A DNA stretch of 60,399 nucleotides, taken from the NCBI GenBank assembly GCA_964370495.1, contig CAYJJH010000001.1:5499-65897 (forward strand), given 5' to 3'. Under the pieces are notes generated by a model. The model worked only from the letters and a program-made list of their open reading frames with translations, was not told the origin of the DNA and made no database searches. Shown in pieces: positions 19,475 to 29,348 of this stretch; positions within the stretch are counted from its first letter, which is position 1; every line of letters starts with the position of its first letter. The translations under genes and the position numbers were made by a program. Source of the DNA: an uncultured Prevotella sp. (GTDB taxonomy: Bacteria > Bacillota > Clostridia > Christensenellales > UBA1242).

Positions 19475-19927
19475 ATGGCAGATCAAGTACAAATCAACAA
19501 AGTTATAAGTTTATTAGAAAGCAATAAACCTATTCGTGTTTTTGACAAAATCATGAGTCTTGATTTTGGTACTTTTGGTGTATTAAAGTTTTTATACGAA
19601 AAAGAGCACGGAGCCATAAGCAAAGAAGTTTGCAAACATCTTAATGTAAGTTCTGCGCGAATGGCTATTATTGTTAAAAAACTTCTAAGCAAAGGACTTA
19701 TACAAAAACAAAATGTAGAAAATGATGCCAGAGCAACCCGAATACTTCTTACACAGCGTGGCATAAATATTTGTAAAAGGTGTCAAGAGAAGAAAGCAGA
19801 AAAAGCAGAGCAGTTACTTGAACTATTTGATTTCGAACATCTATCACAAATGTTTAGTGATATGAAGAAAGTTGGTGAGATAATGCACAAAGATTTATTT
19901 GATTTGGAGGGAATAAAAGTTGATTAA
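19475..19927 (+). CDS. MarR family transcriptional regulator
   Basis: Winged-HTH region (ISKEVCKHLNVSSARMAIIVKKLLSKGLI). Overlaps the downstream ABC gene. Confidence 0.8.
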   Translation: MADQVQINKVISLLESNKPIRVFDKIMSLDFGTFGVLKFLYEKEHGAISKEVCKHLNVSSARMAIIVKKLLSKGLIQKQNVENDARATRILLTQRGINICKRCQEKKAEKAEQLLELFDFEHLSQMFSDMKKVGEIMHKDLFDLEGIKVD

Positions 19928-21677
19928 AATATTTAAAAATTTAGGGATAAAGGAGTTTGTTTTATTGGTCATTGTTATTGCATTGACCGTAGCTCAAACT
20001 TTTCTTGATTTAACCTTGCCAGATTATATGAGCGAAATAACTTTGCTTGTGCAAACCCCTGGCAGTTCAATGACAGAAATATTAATAGCTGGTGGAATGA
20101 TGCTGCTGTGCGCGGTAGGCAGTTTAATTACTGCAATTATTGTGGCTATACTTGCTGCAAAAATTGCATCTAATTTGTCTTATATATTAAGAAAAAAAAT
20201 GTTTGGAAAAGTAATGGATTTTTCAATGAATGAAATTAACTCTTTCTCAACATCAAGTCTTATTACACGAACAACAAATGACATTACCCAGGTTCAAGTA
20301 CTTATAATAATGGGCGCGCAAATGCTTATAAAAGCGCCACTTACCGCAGCATGGGCTATCATAAAAATAGCAGACAAAAACATGACATGGACACTTACCA
20401 CAATTATAGCAGTAGGCGTGCTGCTTGCAATTGTATCTATATGCCTGGGTCTTGCTATTCCAAAATTCAGAAGTATGCAAAAGCTTACAGACGGAATCAA
20501 TAATGTAACCAAAGAGCATCTTGATGGGTTAGCCGTGGTTAGAGCTTATAACGCAGAAGAATATCAAGAGAAAAAATTCGAAGAAGCAAACAATAACCTT
20601 ACAAAGGTAAACTTATTTTCATCAAAAACTATGGCATTTCTTATGCCAAGTATGCAAGCCATAAGCAGCGGCTTGGTATTGGCAATCTATCTTATTGGAG
20701 CTGTATTAATTAACGAAGCTGTTGGATTCCAGCAAATGATTTTATTCTCTGACATGACGGCTTTTTCGGCACTGGCTATGCAGGTAATAATGGCGTTCAT
20801 AATGCTTATTATGGTCTTTATGATATTGCCACGTGCTAATGTAGCAGCCAAAAGAATTAACGAAGTTCTAGATACTCCTTTTTCCATAGTAAGCGGAAGT
20901 GAAACATCTCCCGAAGAAAATAAGGACGGAGAAATAGAATTCAAAGATGTAAGTTTTAAATATCCTGGTGGTAATGAATGTATACTAAGTGATATTTCAT
21001 TCAAAGCCAAGAAGGGCGAAACCATAGCTTTTATCGGGTCAACAGGCTCCGGAAAAAGCACAGTCATAAATCTTATTCCAAGATTTTATGATGCAACAAC
21101 AGGCGAAGTTTTGGTTGGCGGTAAAAATGTAAAAAATTACACAAAAGAAGCATTAACAGATATGATTGGATATGTGTCACAAAAATCTATTTTATTTAAA
21201 GGCACAATTAAGAGTAATGTTACATTGGGCGAAGATGATGTTTACAACGAAAAAGGATTAGTAAGTGCAATAGGTACAGCGCAAGCAAAAGAGTTTGTGG
21301 AGAACCTTAAAGAACAAAATGAATCTTTTGTAGCACAAGGTGGTAATAATTTTTCGGGCGGACAAAAGCAACGCGTATCAATCGCAAGAGCTTTTTATCA
21401 AAATCCCGAGATTCTTATATTTGATGACTCGTTCAGTGCGCTAGATTATAAAACAGATAGGAACTTAAGAACGGCATTAAAGAAAAACTATAAAGATAGC
21501 ACAAAAATAATTGTTGGACAAAGAATAGGAACAATAAAAGACAGCGATAAAATCATAGTCCTTGAAGATGGAAAAATTGCGGGTATGGGGAAACATAAAG
21601 AGCTGCTTAAAAAATGCACTGTATATAAAGAAATAGCAGAGTCTCAATTATCTAAGGAGGAACTTGAAAATGAATAA
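19920..21677 (+). CDS. ABC transporter permease/ATP-binding protein (exporter half)
   Basis: 6-TM domain followed by Walker A GSTGSGKST, signature FSGGQKQR and Walker B ILIFDD. Confidence 0.9.
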   Translation: MIKIFKNLGIKEFVLLVIVIALTVAQTFLDLTLPDYMSEITLLVQTPGSSMTEILIAGGMMLLCAVGSLITAIIVAILAAKIASNLSYILRKKMFGKVMDFSMNEINSFSTSSLITRTTNDITQVQVLIIMGAQMLIKAPLTAAWAIIKIADKNMTWTLTTIIAVGVLLAIVSICLGLAIPKFRSMQKLTDGINNVTKEHLDGLAVVRAYNAEEYQEKKFEEANNNLTKVNLFSSKTMAFLMPSMQAISSGLVLAIYLIGAVLINEAVGFQQMILFSDMTAFSALAMQVIMAFIMLIMVFMILPRANVAAKRINEVLDTPFSIVSGSETSPEENKDGEIEFKDVSFKYPGGNECILSDISFKAKKGETIAFIGSTGSGKSTVINLIPRFYDATTGEVLVGGKNVKNYTKEALTDMIGYVSQKSILFKGTIKSNVTLGEDDVYNEKGLVSAIGTAQAKEFVENLKEQNESFVAQGGNNFSGGQKQRVSIARAFYQNPEILIFDDSFSALDYKTDRNLRTALKKNYKDSTKIIVGQRIGTIKDSDKIIVLEDGKIAGMGKHKELLKKCTVYKEIAESQLSKEELENE

Positions 21678-23505
21678 AGAAAGATCACATAACAAAAACA
21701 GTTCCGGGGCAATGGGACGCGGACCAGGTTCTACAAACGTAGGCGAGAAAGCAAAAAACTTCAGAGGCACCATAAAAAAATATTTTAGTTTTGCAAAAAA
21801 ATACAGAGTGCTTTTTGCTATAGCATTATTGTTTGCAGCTATTGGATCCGTGCTCACACTTATTGGGCCAGATCAAATATCAAAAATAACTGACACTGTT
21901 TTATCTGGGATAAGGGATAACAAAGGTGTTATCGATTTAGACACAATTTTTAATGTCGGTATTTTTCTTGGCTCTGTGTATATTTTAAGTTATATATTTT
22001 CAATTTTACAGGGTGTATTTATTGCACACATTGTACAAAACACAGGCAGAAGTTTGCGTCAAAATATTTCAAGAAAAATCAATAAACTGCCTATGGGATA
22101 TTTTGCAAAAGTAAGCAAAGGAGATATTTTATCCAGAGTTACTAATGACTCGGATACTATTGAACAAACCTTCTCACAATCTATGAGAGTGCTTATACAA
22201 GGCATAGTTTTGCTTCTAGGCTCTGCTTTGCTTATGTTCATCACAAATGTCTGGCTGGCAATTACAGCCATCCTAAGTACTATTATTGGCTTTGTTTTTA
22301 TGATTATCATCATGAAAAAATCTCAGGGATACTTCATATCTCAACAAAAAGACTTAGGGAATATTAACGGAAATATCGAAGAAATGTATGCCGGACATAC
22401 AGTGCTTAAAGCATATAATGCTGAAAATAATGCGAAAGAAGAATTTGATAAACTCAATAAAAATTTAAAGACCTCTGTGTTCAAGGCGCAATCTTTATCT
22501 GGCCTTATGATGCCGATGATGAGCTTCATTGGTAATTTTGGTTACGTATGTGTTTGTATTGTAGGCGCATTGCTTGCACTGGGCGGAAGTATATCTTTTG
22601 GAACCGTTGTTGCATTTATGATTTACGTAAGATTATTTACACAACCTTTTGGTCAAATTGCACAAGGTATGCAGAATCTTCAATCTGGCGTAGCTGCAGC
22701 AGAAAGGGTTTTTGAATTTCTTGATGAAAAAGAAATGGAGAGCGAAGAGCATAAAGCCAGTCTTCCAAATAATATAAAAGGAAATGTTGAATTCAAAAAA
22801 GTCCATTTTGGATATGACAAAAATAAAATCATTATAAATAACTTTACCGCCAAAGCGAAAGCGGGGCAGAAGGTTGCCATCGTTGGCCCAACTGGTGCGG
22901 GCAAAACAACTCTTATAAATTTATTAATGCGATTCTATGATGTTAACAGTGGAGATATTCTTATTGATGGTGTATCTATTAACAAGGTAAAACGTGATGA
23001 TGTTCATAATAAATTCAGTATGGTTCTTCAAGATACTTGGATTTTTAATGGTACACTTCGAGAGAACTTAGTTTACGCTAGTCAAGGTATTGATGACGAA
23101 AAAATAGATATTGCCTGCAAAGCTGTGGGACTTGACCATTTTGTTAAAACACTACCAAACGGATACGATACTATTCTAGATGACAAACTACAATTATCTC
23201 AGGGTCAAAAACAACAAATCACAATTGCACGTGCAATGATAGATAACAAACCAATGATAATTTTGGACGAGGCTACATCAAGCATAGATACACGAACCGA
23301 AATACTTATTCAAAATGCTATGGATAAACTTATGCACGGACGAACCAGTTTCGTCATAGCACACAGACTATCTACTATAAAAAACGCAGATTTGATTTTA
23401 GTTATGAAAAATGGTGATGTAATCGAAAAAGGAACACATAAAGAACTGTTAAAAGAAAATGGCTTCTATGCAGAACTTTATAACTCTCAATTTGATTCAA
23501 AATAA
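21670..23505 (+). CDS. ABC transporter permease/ATP-binding protein (exporter half)
   Basis: ATG 10 nt after AAGGAGG. Walker A GPTGAGKTT, signature LSQGQKQQ and Walker B IILDEATS. Likely a heterodimer with the upstream gene. Confidence 0.9.
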   Translation: MNKERSHNKNSSGAMGRGPGSTNVGEKAKNFRGTIKKYFSFAKKYRVLFAIALLFAAIGSVLTLIGPDQISKITDTVLSGIRDNKGVIDLDTIFNVGIFLGSVYILSYIFSILQGVFIAHIVQNTGRSLRQNISRKINKLPMGYFAKVSKGDILSRVTNDSDTIEQTFSQSMRVLIQGIVLLLGSALLMFITNVWLAITAILSTIIGFVFMIIIMKKSQGYFISQQKDLGNINGNIEEMYAGHTVLKAYNAENNAKEEFDKLNKNLKTSVFKAQSLSGLMMPMMSFIGNFGYVCVCIVGALLALGGSISFGTVVAFMIYVRLFTQPFGQIAQGMQNLQSGVAAAERVFEFLDEKEMESEEHKASLPNNIKGNVEFKKVHFGYDKNKIIINNFTAKAKAGQKVAIVGPTGAGKTTLINLLMRFYDVNSGDILIDGVSINKVKRDDVHNKFSMVLQDTWIFNGTLRENLVYASQGIDDEKIDIACKAVGLDHFVKTLPNGYDTILDDKLQLSQGQKQQITIARAMIDNKPMIILDEATSSIDTRTEILIQNAMDKLMHGRTSFVIAHRLSTIKNADLILVMKNGDVIEKGTHKELLKENGFYAELYNSQFDSK

Positions 23506-23553
23506 TTTAACACTATGCTTTATTTATATAATTGCAAAAAAAGGGGATAAGTT

Positions 23554-23742
23554 ATGACAATTAAGAAAATTAAAGGTTTTGTAATAAACCAAACAAAATG
23601 CATTAAGTGTGGATTGTGTATGAGAAAATGCTCCTTTAACGCAATTGAATTTAATAATGAAATGTATAACATAAGAAAAGACAGATGCGATGAATGTGGC
23701 GACTGTTATATCAATTGTCCTAAAAAAGCCATACAAAAATAA
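23554..23742 (+). CDS. small 4Fe-4S dicluster ferredoxin-like protein
   Basis: CIKCGLCMRKC and CDECGDCYINCP cysteine motifs. Confidence 0.7.
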   Translation: MTIKKIKGFVINQTKCIKCGLCMRKCSFNAIEFNNEMYNIRKDRCDECGDCYINCPKKAIQK

Positions 23743-23771
23743 TTTAATTATACTGATAAATACTGCTTACA

Positions 23772-23800
23772 TTGACCAAAAGCTATATTTATGTTAATAT
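23772..23800 (+). promoter_or_regulatory. near-consensus sigmaA promoter, leaderless geometry
   Basis: TTGACC, 17 nt, TGtTAATAT. The ATG at 23808 lies 7 nt after the -10 and there is no SD. Confidence 0.55.
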
Positions 23801-23807
23801 AGTTAAT

Positions 23808-24392
23808 ATGAAAAAACAGGACGACTATATAAAAATAACAATATCTTATAATGGCGATAATGATCAGGTTAAAAAATTTTATTATATAAAATTAAATAAA
23901 CTCTATACAGAAGTTATTGATTCCGAAAATGAATTAGGAGAAAATCAACCAATAGAAAAATTAACTCAGCATTGTGAGGGTTACTGTATAAGAGACGAAG
24001 AGGTTCATAAAATAAGTGGCCATATTGATAGAAATATGGATTATTCTTTATATCATTTTGAATTAGTAGAACACGGAAAGAGTGCGGAGATCGTTTATGC
24101 AAGGGTTGATAATGGAGAAATTCTTGATGCTAAACATGGCCTTCTCAAAAACAAATACATCTATGATACTAGAGATGCAGAAATTGTTTTAGAAAAAGTT
24201 GCAGAAAAAGACACAGCTTATATGCAAACATTTTTCCGTGAGAATGAACAAGAATACAAACACAGCGAACACAATGGACGCTATGATACCGTTTTAAATA
24301 TTCAAGAAAAAAAGTTTAGCCAACTAAAAGAATTTTTCACTAGAAAAACTATACCTGCTTTGAAATTAAATGAAGGAGAAATAGAAATATGA
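23808..24392 (+). CDS. hypothetical protein, paralogue A
   Basis: Start set at MKKQDDYIKITISY. Paralogous to the next ORF (shared DYIKIT.SY, GHI, ELxE blocks). Confidence 0.6.
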   Translation: MKKQDDYIKITISYNGDNDQVKKFYYIKLNKLYTEVIDSENELGENQPIEKLTQHCEGYCIRDEEVHKISGHIDRNMDYSLYHFELVEHGKSAEIVYARVDNGEILDAKHGLLKNKYIYDTRDAEIVLEKVAEKDTAYMQTFFRENEQEYKHSEHNGRYDTVLNIQEKKFSQLKEFFTRKTIPALKLNEGEIEI

Positions 24393-24961
24393 TTCAGGAA
24401 AATGATTATATAAAAATTACAGTTTCATACAAAGAGAGTGGAGAATTAAATTCTAAGAATTTTTATCTTAAGACCGAGAAGGCTTATTTGGAACAAATTA
24501 AAGCATATGAAGATGGCGAGCACATAAACGTTTTAGCATTAAAACAACCTATGAAAGGGTTTTCTGTAAATAATGGGCAGACTTACAAAGCAATGGGTCA
24601 TATTAATATGGGGATGAATAAGGCTCCTTACAAAATGGAATTAATTGAATATACCTCTCAGCCACAAATCATACATTCAAGATTCAATAAAAACAAAATT
24701 ATAGAAGCTACTCAAGGTTATATAAGCAGCAATCATCTTGTTTATGAAGTCACAAAAGCTAATATAGAAATGCAAGGTATTCCAGAATCAGAGATCAATT
24801 ATGTAAATTCTTTTTTTGAAGAATGTGAACAAAGATATAGCAACAATATACTATCAGATCAACAAACAGAAGTTATGAATAACCAAGAAGAGTCTTATAA
24901 TAAATTACGCACTAACCATAATGAACTAAATCTCTCTAATGAATCTGAAAAGGAATTGTAA
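24389..24961 (+). CDS. hypothetical protein, paralogue B
   Basis: ATGA overlap with paralogue A. Shares NDYIKITVSY..GHINMGMN..YKMELIEY blocks. Confidence 0.6.
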   Translation: MIQENDYIKITVSYKESGELNSKNFYLKTEKAYLEQIKAYEDGEHINVLALKQPMKGFSVNNGQTYKAMGHINMGMNKAPYKMELIEYTSQPQIIHSRFNKNKIIEATQGYISSNHLVYEVTKANIEMQGIPESEINYVNSFFEECEQRYSNNILSDQQTEVMNNQEESYNKLRTNHNELNLSNESEKEL

Positions 24962-25015
24962 TAAAAATACTTTATTGAAATATTGAAATATACTATACTT
25001 TATAAAGGATATTTT

Positions 25016-25654
25016 ATGAAGCAAACTTTTCGTATATTTTTAATTGTTTTAATGCTCCCATTAGTTTTTATTTTAAGCGGGTGTGGAACCTTTAATGACT
25101 TTGATTCTGATGATCTGCCAATTATTCCAACAGGGCCAGAAATAACCGTAGAGCCAGGAATTGGAACAGATACAAGCGCATTTACGCATATATTAAATAC
25201 AGGAACAATAGCCGCTGTAGATACAGAAAATAAAACCATTACATTATCAGATGGTGAAGTACTAAGTTACGACCACAGAACAATAACTAACGAATGGTAT
25301 ATGACATTTAATGCAGAGTTCAACCAAGAGAAGCAAATTTTCAAAATCACAGAAATTAAAGCTATTGATTTAATAACAATTGGTAATGATAATGTTCTTG
25401 GATTAACAGATGTATCAAACAAAGAATACTCTTATAAAGTTTCCGAAGTAACCGGCAATTTGATAAGAATAGCAGACACTTATTTTTATTTTGATGATGC
25501 ACTTTCTTTTACAGATAATACTGACCCTAATATCCAAGCCTTACTTTTAAGTAACTTGATTAATCCAGAATATAACCTTTTAACCATTGGATCAGAAATA
25601 AAATATTATGCAGATGCAAGTAACAGACTTGTGTCTGTATCAAGAGGTGTATAA
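25016..25654 (+). CDS. putative lipoprotein
   Basis: Start set at MKQTF. The signal peptide ends in the lipobox LSGC. SD AAGGA upstream. Confidence 0.7.
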   Translation: MKQTFRIFLIVLMLPLVFILSGCGTFNDFDSDDLPIIPTGPEITVEPGIGTDTSAFTHILNTGTIAAVDTENKTITLSDGEVLSYDHRTITNEWYMTFNAEFNQEKQIFKITEIKAIDLITIGNDNVLGLTDVSNKEYSYKVSEVTGNLIRIADTYFYFDDALSFTDNTDPNIQALLLSNLINPEYNLLTIGSEIKYYADASNRLVSVSRGV

Positions 25655-26559
25655 TGAATAAGGGTTGGAAAAAAGCTTTTTTTGTAATTATAGTCGTACT
25701 TGGAATTATTGGTATACTTGCCACAATTGCACTTATACAGGTTCCTACATCAAATGTACGCGCCAAAGGTCAAGATGAAATCCGTATAGTTAGTTATAAT
25801 CTTAAAAATGGTGAATCTGATCTTGATACAACTTTTAGTTCAAGAAAACAAGTCATAGTCAAACAACTACTTGCTTACGATGCAGACAGCATAGGTGTTC
25901 AAGAAGCGGATTGGCCATGGATGGATAGCGGCAGTGGATTACCAGCTTTATTAACAGGATATGATTATGTTGGCATCGGCAGAGATCCTGGTGGCAGTGG
26001 CGAATACGCAAGTATCTTTTATGATTCAGATAAGTACAATGTTATAGACAGTGGTACATTTTGGCTTTCCGAAACACCCGATCAAGTTTCCATTGGTTGG
26101 GACGCATCTACATATAGAATTTGCACTTGGGTAATATTAGAAAATAAGGTTACTGGATACCAGTATGCTCATTACAATACACACCTTGATCACGAAGGAG
26201 AAGAGGCGCGTAAAAAATCTATAGAATTGATTTTAGCAGAACTTGATAAACAAACTTTGCCTTTTGTGTTGACCGGAGATTTTAATTTCACAGAAGGATC
26301 AAGCAATTATAAAACAATAACAGCAAATTACGATGACAGCAAAAAGATTGCAAACCACAGTATGTCACATGGAACAATAAATTATTTCTTAAAATTTAAC
26401 ACATGGTTAATTAATATTGTAATAGATTTTGCATTCCTTGACGAAAGCGACTGGGGTAGTGTGGTAGAGTATCAAGTTGATAATACTTACAGACTGGACA
26501 AAAACCCCGTGTCTGATCACTTTCCTGTGATTGTGACTCTTAAACCAAAAAATCCTTAA
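25654..26559 (+). CDS. endonuclease/exonuclease/phosphatase (EEP) family protein, N-terminally membrane-anchored
   Basis: VSYNL, GVQEA, NTHLDH, LTGDFN and SDHFPV motifs. One N-terminal TM helix. Confidence 0.85.
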   Translation: MNKGWKKAFFVIIVVLGIIGILATIALIQVPTSNVRAKGQDEIRIVSYNLKNGESDLDTTFSSRKQVIVKQLLAYDADSIGVQEADWPWMDSGSGLPALLTGYDYVGIGRDPGGSGEYASIFYDSDKYNVIDSGTFWLSETPDQVSIGWDASTYRICTWVILENKVTGYQYAHYNTHLDHEGEEARKKSIELILAELDKQTLPFVLTGDFNFTEGSSNYKTITANYDDSKKIANHSMSHGTINYFLKFNTWLINIVIDFAFLDESDWGSVVEYQVDNTYRLDKNPVSDHFPVIVTLKPKNP

Positions 26560-27320
26560 TAAGCTGTCCAGCCAGCATCAGCAACCAAAACAGCGCCGTT
26601 AATAAGCGATGATTCTTCACTGGATAAAAATGATATAATATTTGCAACTTCGTTTGATGTTCCATTTTTTATTGAGGTTCCAATACCTGCCATTATTTTA
26701 TCAAGACCAAATTTACTTATTTGTGTATTACTTGAATTAATATTTGTAGCAACACTACCTGGAGCTACGGCATTACATCTTATCCCCATAGAGCCATACA
26801 TTGCCGCTGTATTCTTCGTAAGGCCGATTAATGCGTGTTTGCTTGTAACATATGTAAGCCCTCCACGACAGCCAGTAACGCCTCCTATGCTGGAAATATT
26901 TATAATGTTACCTTTTTGATTTTTAAGAAAAGTCGGCATACAGGCTCTGGCCATTTTCATAGCTCCGGTAAGATTTACTGCTATTACTTTATCCCATAAT
27001 TCGTCATCTACTTCGGCAAGTGGTTTAAAATTATCTAATATACCTGCGTTATTTACACATACATCAATTGTGCCAAAATTTTCAAGTGTTTCTTTTATAA
27101 CATTATTTATATCTGTTAATAACGCTACATTTAATTTAAGGGGCAGTGCAACACCTTTCTTTTCTTGTATCTCTTTTGCTACACTTTTTACTCCATCTTC
27201 GTTTATATCACAGACCACGACTTTTGCACCTTGAGAAGCAAGTAAAAAAGCGGTTTCTTTTCCGATACCGCTTGCTGCTCCCGTTATTATTATTACTTTA
27301 TCTTTTAATTTATTTTCCAT
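26556..27320 (-). CDS. SDR family oxidoreductase
   Basis: TGAASGIGK cofactor motif, NNAG, and a YxxxK-type site (YVTSK). Confidence 0.9.
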   Translation of the reverse strand: MENKLKDKVIIITGAASGIGKETAFLLASQGAKVVVCDINEDGVKSVAKEIQEKKGVALPLKLNVALLTDINNVIKETLENFGTIDVCVNNAGILDNFKPLAEVDDELWDKVIAVNLTGAMKMARACMPTFLKNQKGNIINISSIGGVTGCRGGLTYVTSKHALIGLTKNTAAMYGSMGIRCNAVAPGSVATNINSSNTQISKFGLDKIMAGIGTSIKNGTSNEVANIISFLSSEESSLINGAVLVADAGWTAY

Positions 27321-27366
27321 ATATTATATAAATACCATATTTATATGTTTTTATACAAAGAAAAAA

Positions 27367-27564
27367 TTATAACTCTATTTCGTATGGACAACGACCATCT
27401 GTTCTTTGCAGACATTTTTTAACTAATACATCTGCTAGGTTTCGATCCTGAGACGCTTGAGCCTCTGGGCTGTCTGTTGGTAACATATGTTGTTTAAATT
27501 TCTCATAATTTTTTAAACATTGTTGACTACAAAAATATTGTGGGTTTACTCTTTTTAATTTCAT
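27367..27564 (-). CDS. small Cys-containing hypothetical protein
   Basis: 65 aa with FCSQQC..C..C. SD GGAGGG upstream. Function unknown. Confidence 0.4.
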   Translation of the reverse strand: MKLKRVNPQYFCSQQCLKNYEKFKQHMLPTDSPEAQASQDRNLADVLVKKCLQRTDGRCPYEIEL

Positions 27565-27658
27565 ATATCCCTCCTAAAATAAAAAAATAATATCCGTAAA
27601 TATTATTTTCTTATATTACTATATATATGTTTGTAATTCAAGGTTTATGCCGTTTTTA

Positions 27659-28681
27659 TTATTTTTTATTTTTTTGAGAAAGAGCTTCGTCTGCAATTTT
27701 TCTCATAAATTCAACGGTTTCAACAGGGTATTTACCTGTTGCACTTTCTGCAGATAACATTATAGCATTTGTTCCATCATAAACAGCATTAGCAACGTCT
27801 GTTGTTTCTGCTCTTGTTGGACGTGGGCTGCTGATCATTGATTCCATCATCTCTGTAGCTGTAACAACAAATTTATTTGCTTCATTACATTTTTTAATTA
27901 TTTCTTTTTGTACTGTTGGTATTTTTTCAATTGGGAATTCCACACCTAAATCTCCACGAGCAACCATAATACCATCTGAAACTTTAATAATTTCATCCAG
28001 GTTATTAAAACCTTGAACGCTTTCAATTTTTGATATTATCTTTATATCTTTACCAACTATTTCACGCATTTTAATTACATCATCTGCTTTATTAACAAAT
28101 GAAGCTGCAACTATGTCTATATTTTTAGATACACCAAATTCTAGATCAGCTTTATCTTCTTTTGATATAAAGTTAAGATTTGTGTCAACGCCAGGAACAA
28201 ATAAACTTTTTTTATTTGATAATTTTCCACCGTTAATAACTTTTGTAACTATTTCATTTTCTTTTATATCTTCAACAACACAAGATACAAGACCGTTATT
28301 AATTAAAATACTATTTCCTTTTGAAACATGTTTTGCTAAATCTTTATGTGAAATTGAAACACCGTTTTGATCACCTTCTCTTTCATCTGTGTAAAGAGAG
28401 AACATATCACCAGAATTTAAAAATACTTCGCCATTTTTAAATGTTCTTAAACGAATATCTGGTCCTTTTGTATCAAGTAAGATTTGAACATCTTTATTTA
28501 ATTCTTTTCTTAATCTGTGAATAAGATCAAATTTTTTACCGTGTTCATCAAAATCACCGTGACTAAAATTACATCTTGTAATAGTCATTCCGGCATTCAT
28601 TAACTTTGTTAATGTTTCTTCGTTCTCCGAAGCAGGTCCGATTGTACAGACAATGTCTATGTTTTTATTTATTTTCATCAT
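27659..28681 (-). CDS. pyk: pyruvate kinase lacking the C-terminal regulatory domain
   Basis: [39 protein letters not shown] and RPTRAE motifs. The protein ends at 340 aa, right after the A domain. Confidence 0.8.
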   Translation of the reverse strand: MMKINKNIDIVCTIGPASENEETLTKLMNAGMTITRCNFSHGDFDEHGKKFDLIHRLRKELNKDVQILLDTKGPDIRLRTFKNGEVFLNSGDMFSLYTDEREGDQNGVSISHKDLAKHVSKGNSILINNGLVSCVVEDIKENEIVTKVINGGKLSNKKSLFVPGVDTNLNFISKEDKADLEFGVSKNIDIVAASFVNKADDVIKMREIVGKDIKIISKIESVQGFNNLDEIIKVSDGIMVARGDLGVEFPIEKIPTVQKEIIKKCNEANKFVVTATEMMESMISSPRPTRAETTDVANAVYDGTNAIMLSAESATGKYPVETVEFMRKIADEALSQKNKK

Positions 28682-28685
28682 AGTT

Positions 28686-29243
28686 TTAACTATGTATTAA
28701 ATTGAAAATTTTGTCAATTGTTTTATCTAAATCTCTGTTTTCTACCACATAATCATAGTGTTTTGATTGCTTTATATACTCGTCATAATCTTCTAATCTG
28801 GCTTTAATATCTTCTGGTTTATCTTTTCTGTTTATTAATCTTTGTTCAATTGTTTCTTTATCTATTGTAATAAAAAAAGTTATTACATTATCAAATTTAC
28901 TTCTTAATGCTTTTACACCAACAAGATCACAATCTTTTAATGGTATTTTATTTTTATCTAAAATAGCGTTTATATATTTTTCACTCATACCTCTTTTTTC
29001 GTTATGTCTTACGGTATGTTCAAAAATATCTCCACTTGCTAACATTTTGTCAAATTCTTCATTTGAAACAAAATGATAAGGATTACCTTGGCTTTCATAT
29101 TCACGCATTGCTCTGGTTGCTACTGAAACCATTTTTTCAAATTCATTTGGATATTTTTTTATAAGTCCTGTTATGATACTATCTTTACCAACTCCACTTG
29201 GACCTTCTATAACTATAATTTTTTTGTTTTGATTATTATTCAT
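28686..29243 (-). CDS. guanylate kinase-like protein
   Basis: P-loop GPSGVGKDS and [19 protein letters not shown] (compare TTRxPRxGExxGxxYxF). Divergent from canonical Gmk in the GMP-binding YG region. Confidence 0.7.
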   Translation of the reverse strand: MNNNQNKKIIVIEGPSGVGKDSIITGLIKKYPNEFEKMVSVATRAMREYESQGNPYHFVSNEEFDKMLASGDIFEHTVRHNEKRGMSEKYINAILDKNKIPLKDCDLVGVKALRSKFDNVITFFITIDKETIEQRLINRKDKPEDIKARLEDYDEYIKQSKHYDYVVENRDLDKTIDKIFNLIHS

Positions 29244-29302
29244 AAAATATTCTTCTTTTTATTATGTATTGTTAATATGTAAATAACTACTAACTAAAAC
29301 CT

Positions 29303-29348
29303 AGTATAAATAATTACTATTGACTAGTCAAATTTTATAATATAAGAT
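29303..29348. promoter_or_regulatory. divergent promoter pair sharing the palindrome TTGACTAGTCAA
   Basis: The 12-bp perfect palindrome at 29320-29331 gives a -35 TTGACT on both strands. Rightward: 17 nt then TAAGAT (29343-29348). Leftward: 17 nt then TATACT (complement of 29303-29308). Confidence 0.45.

Noticed and set aside
27586-27607. AT-only hairpin (AATAATAT / ATATTATT) downstream of pyk as a terminator
   Set aside because: The stem is entirely A/T and the U-tract on the transcribed strand largely coincides with the stem, so it is too weak to call confidently.
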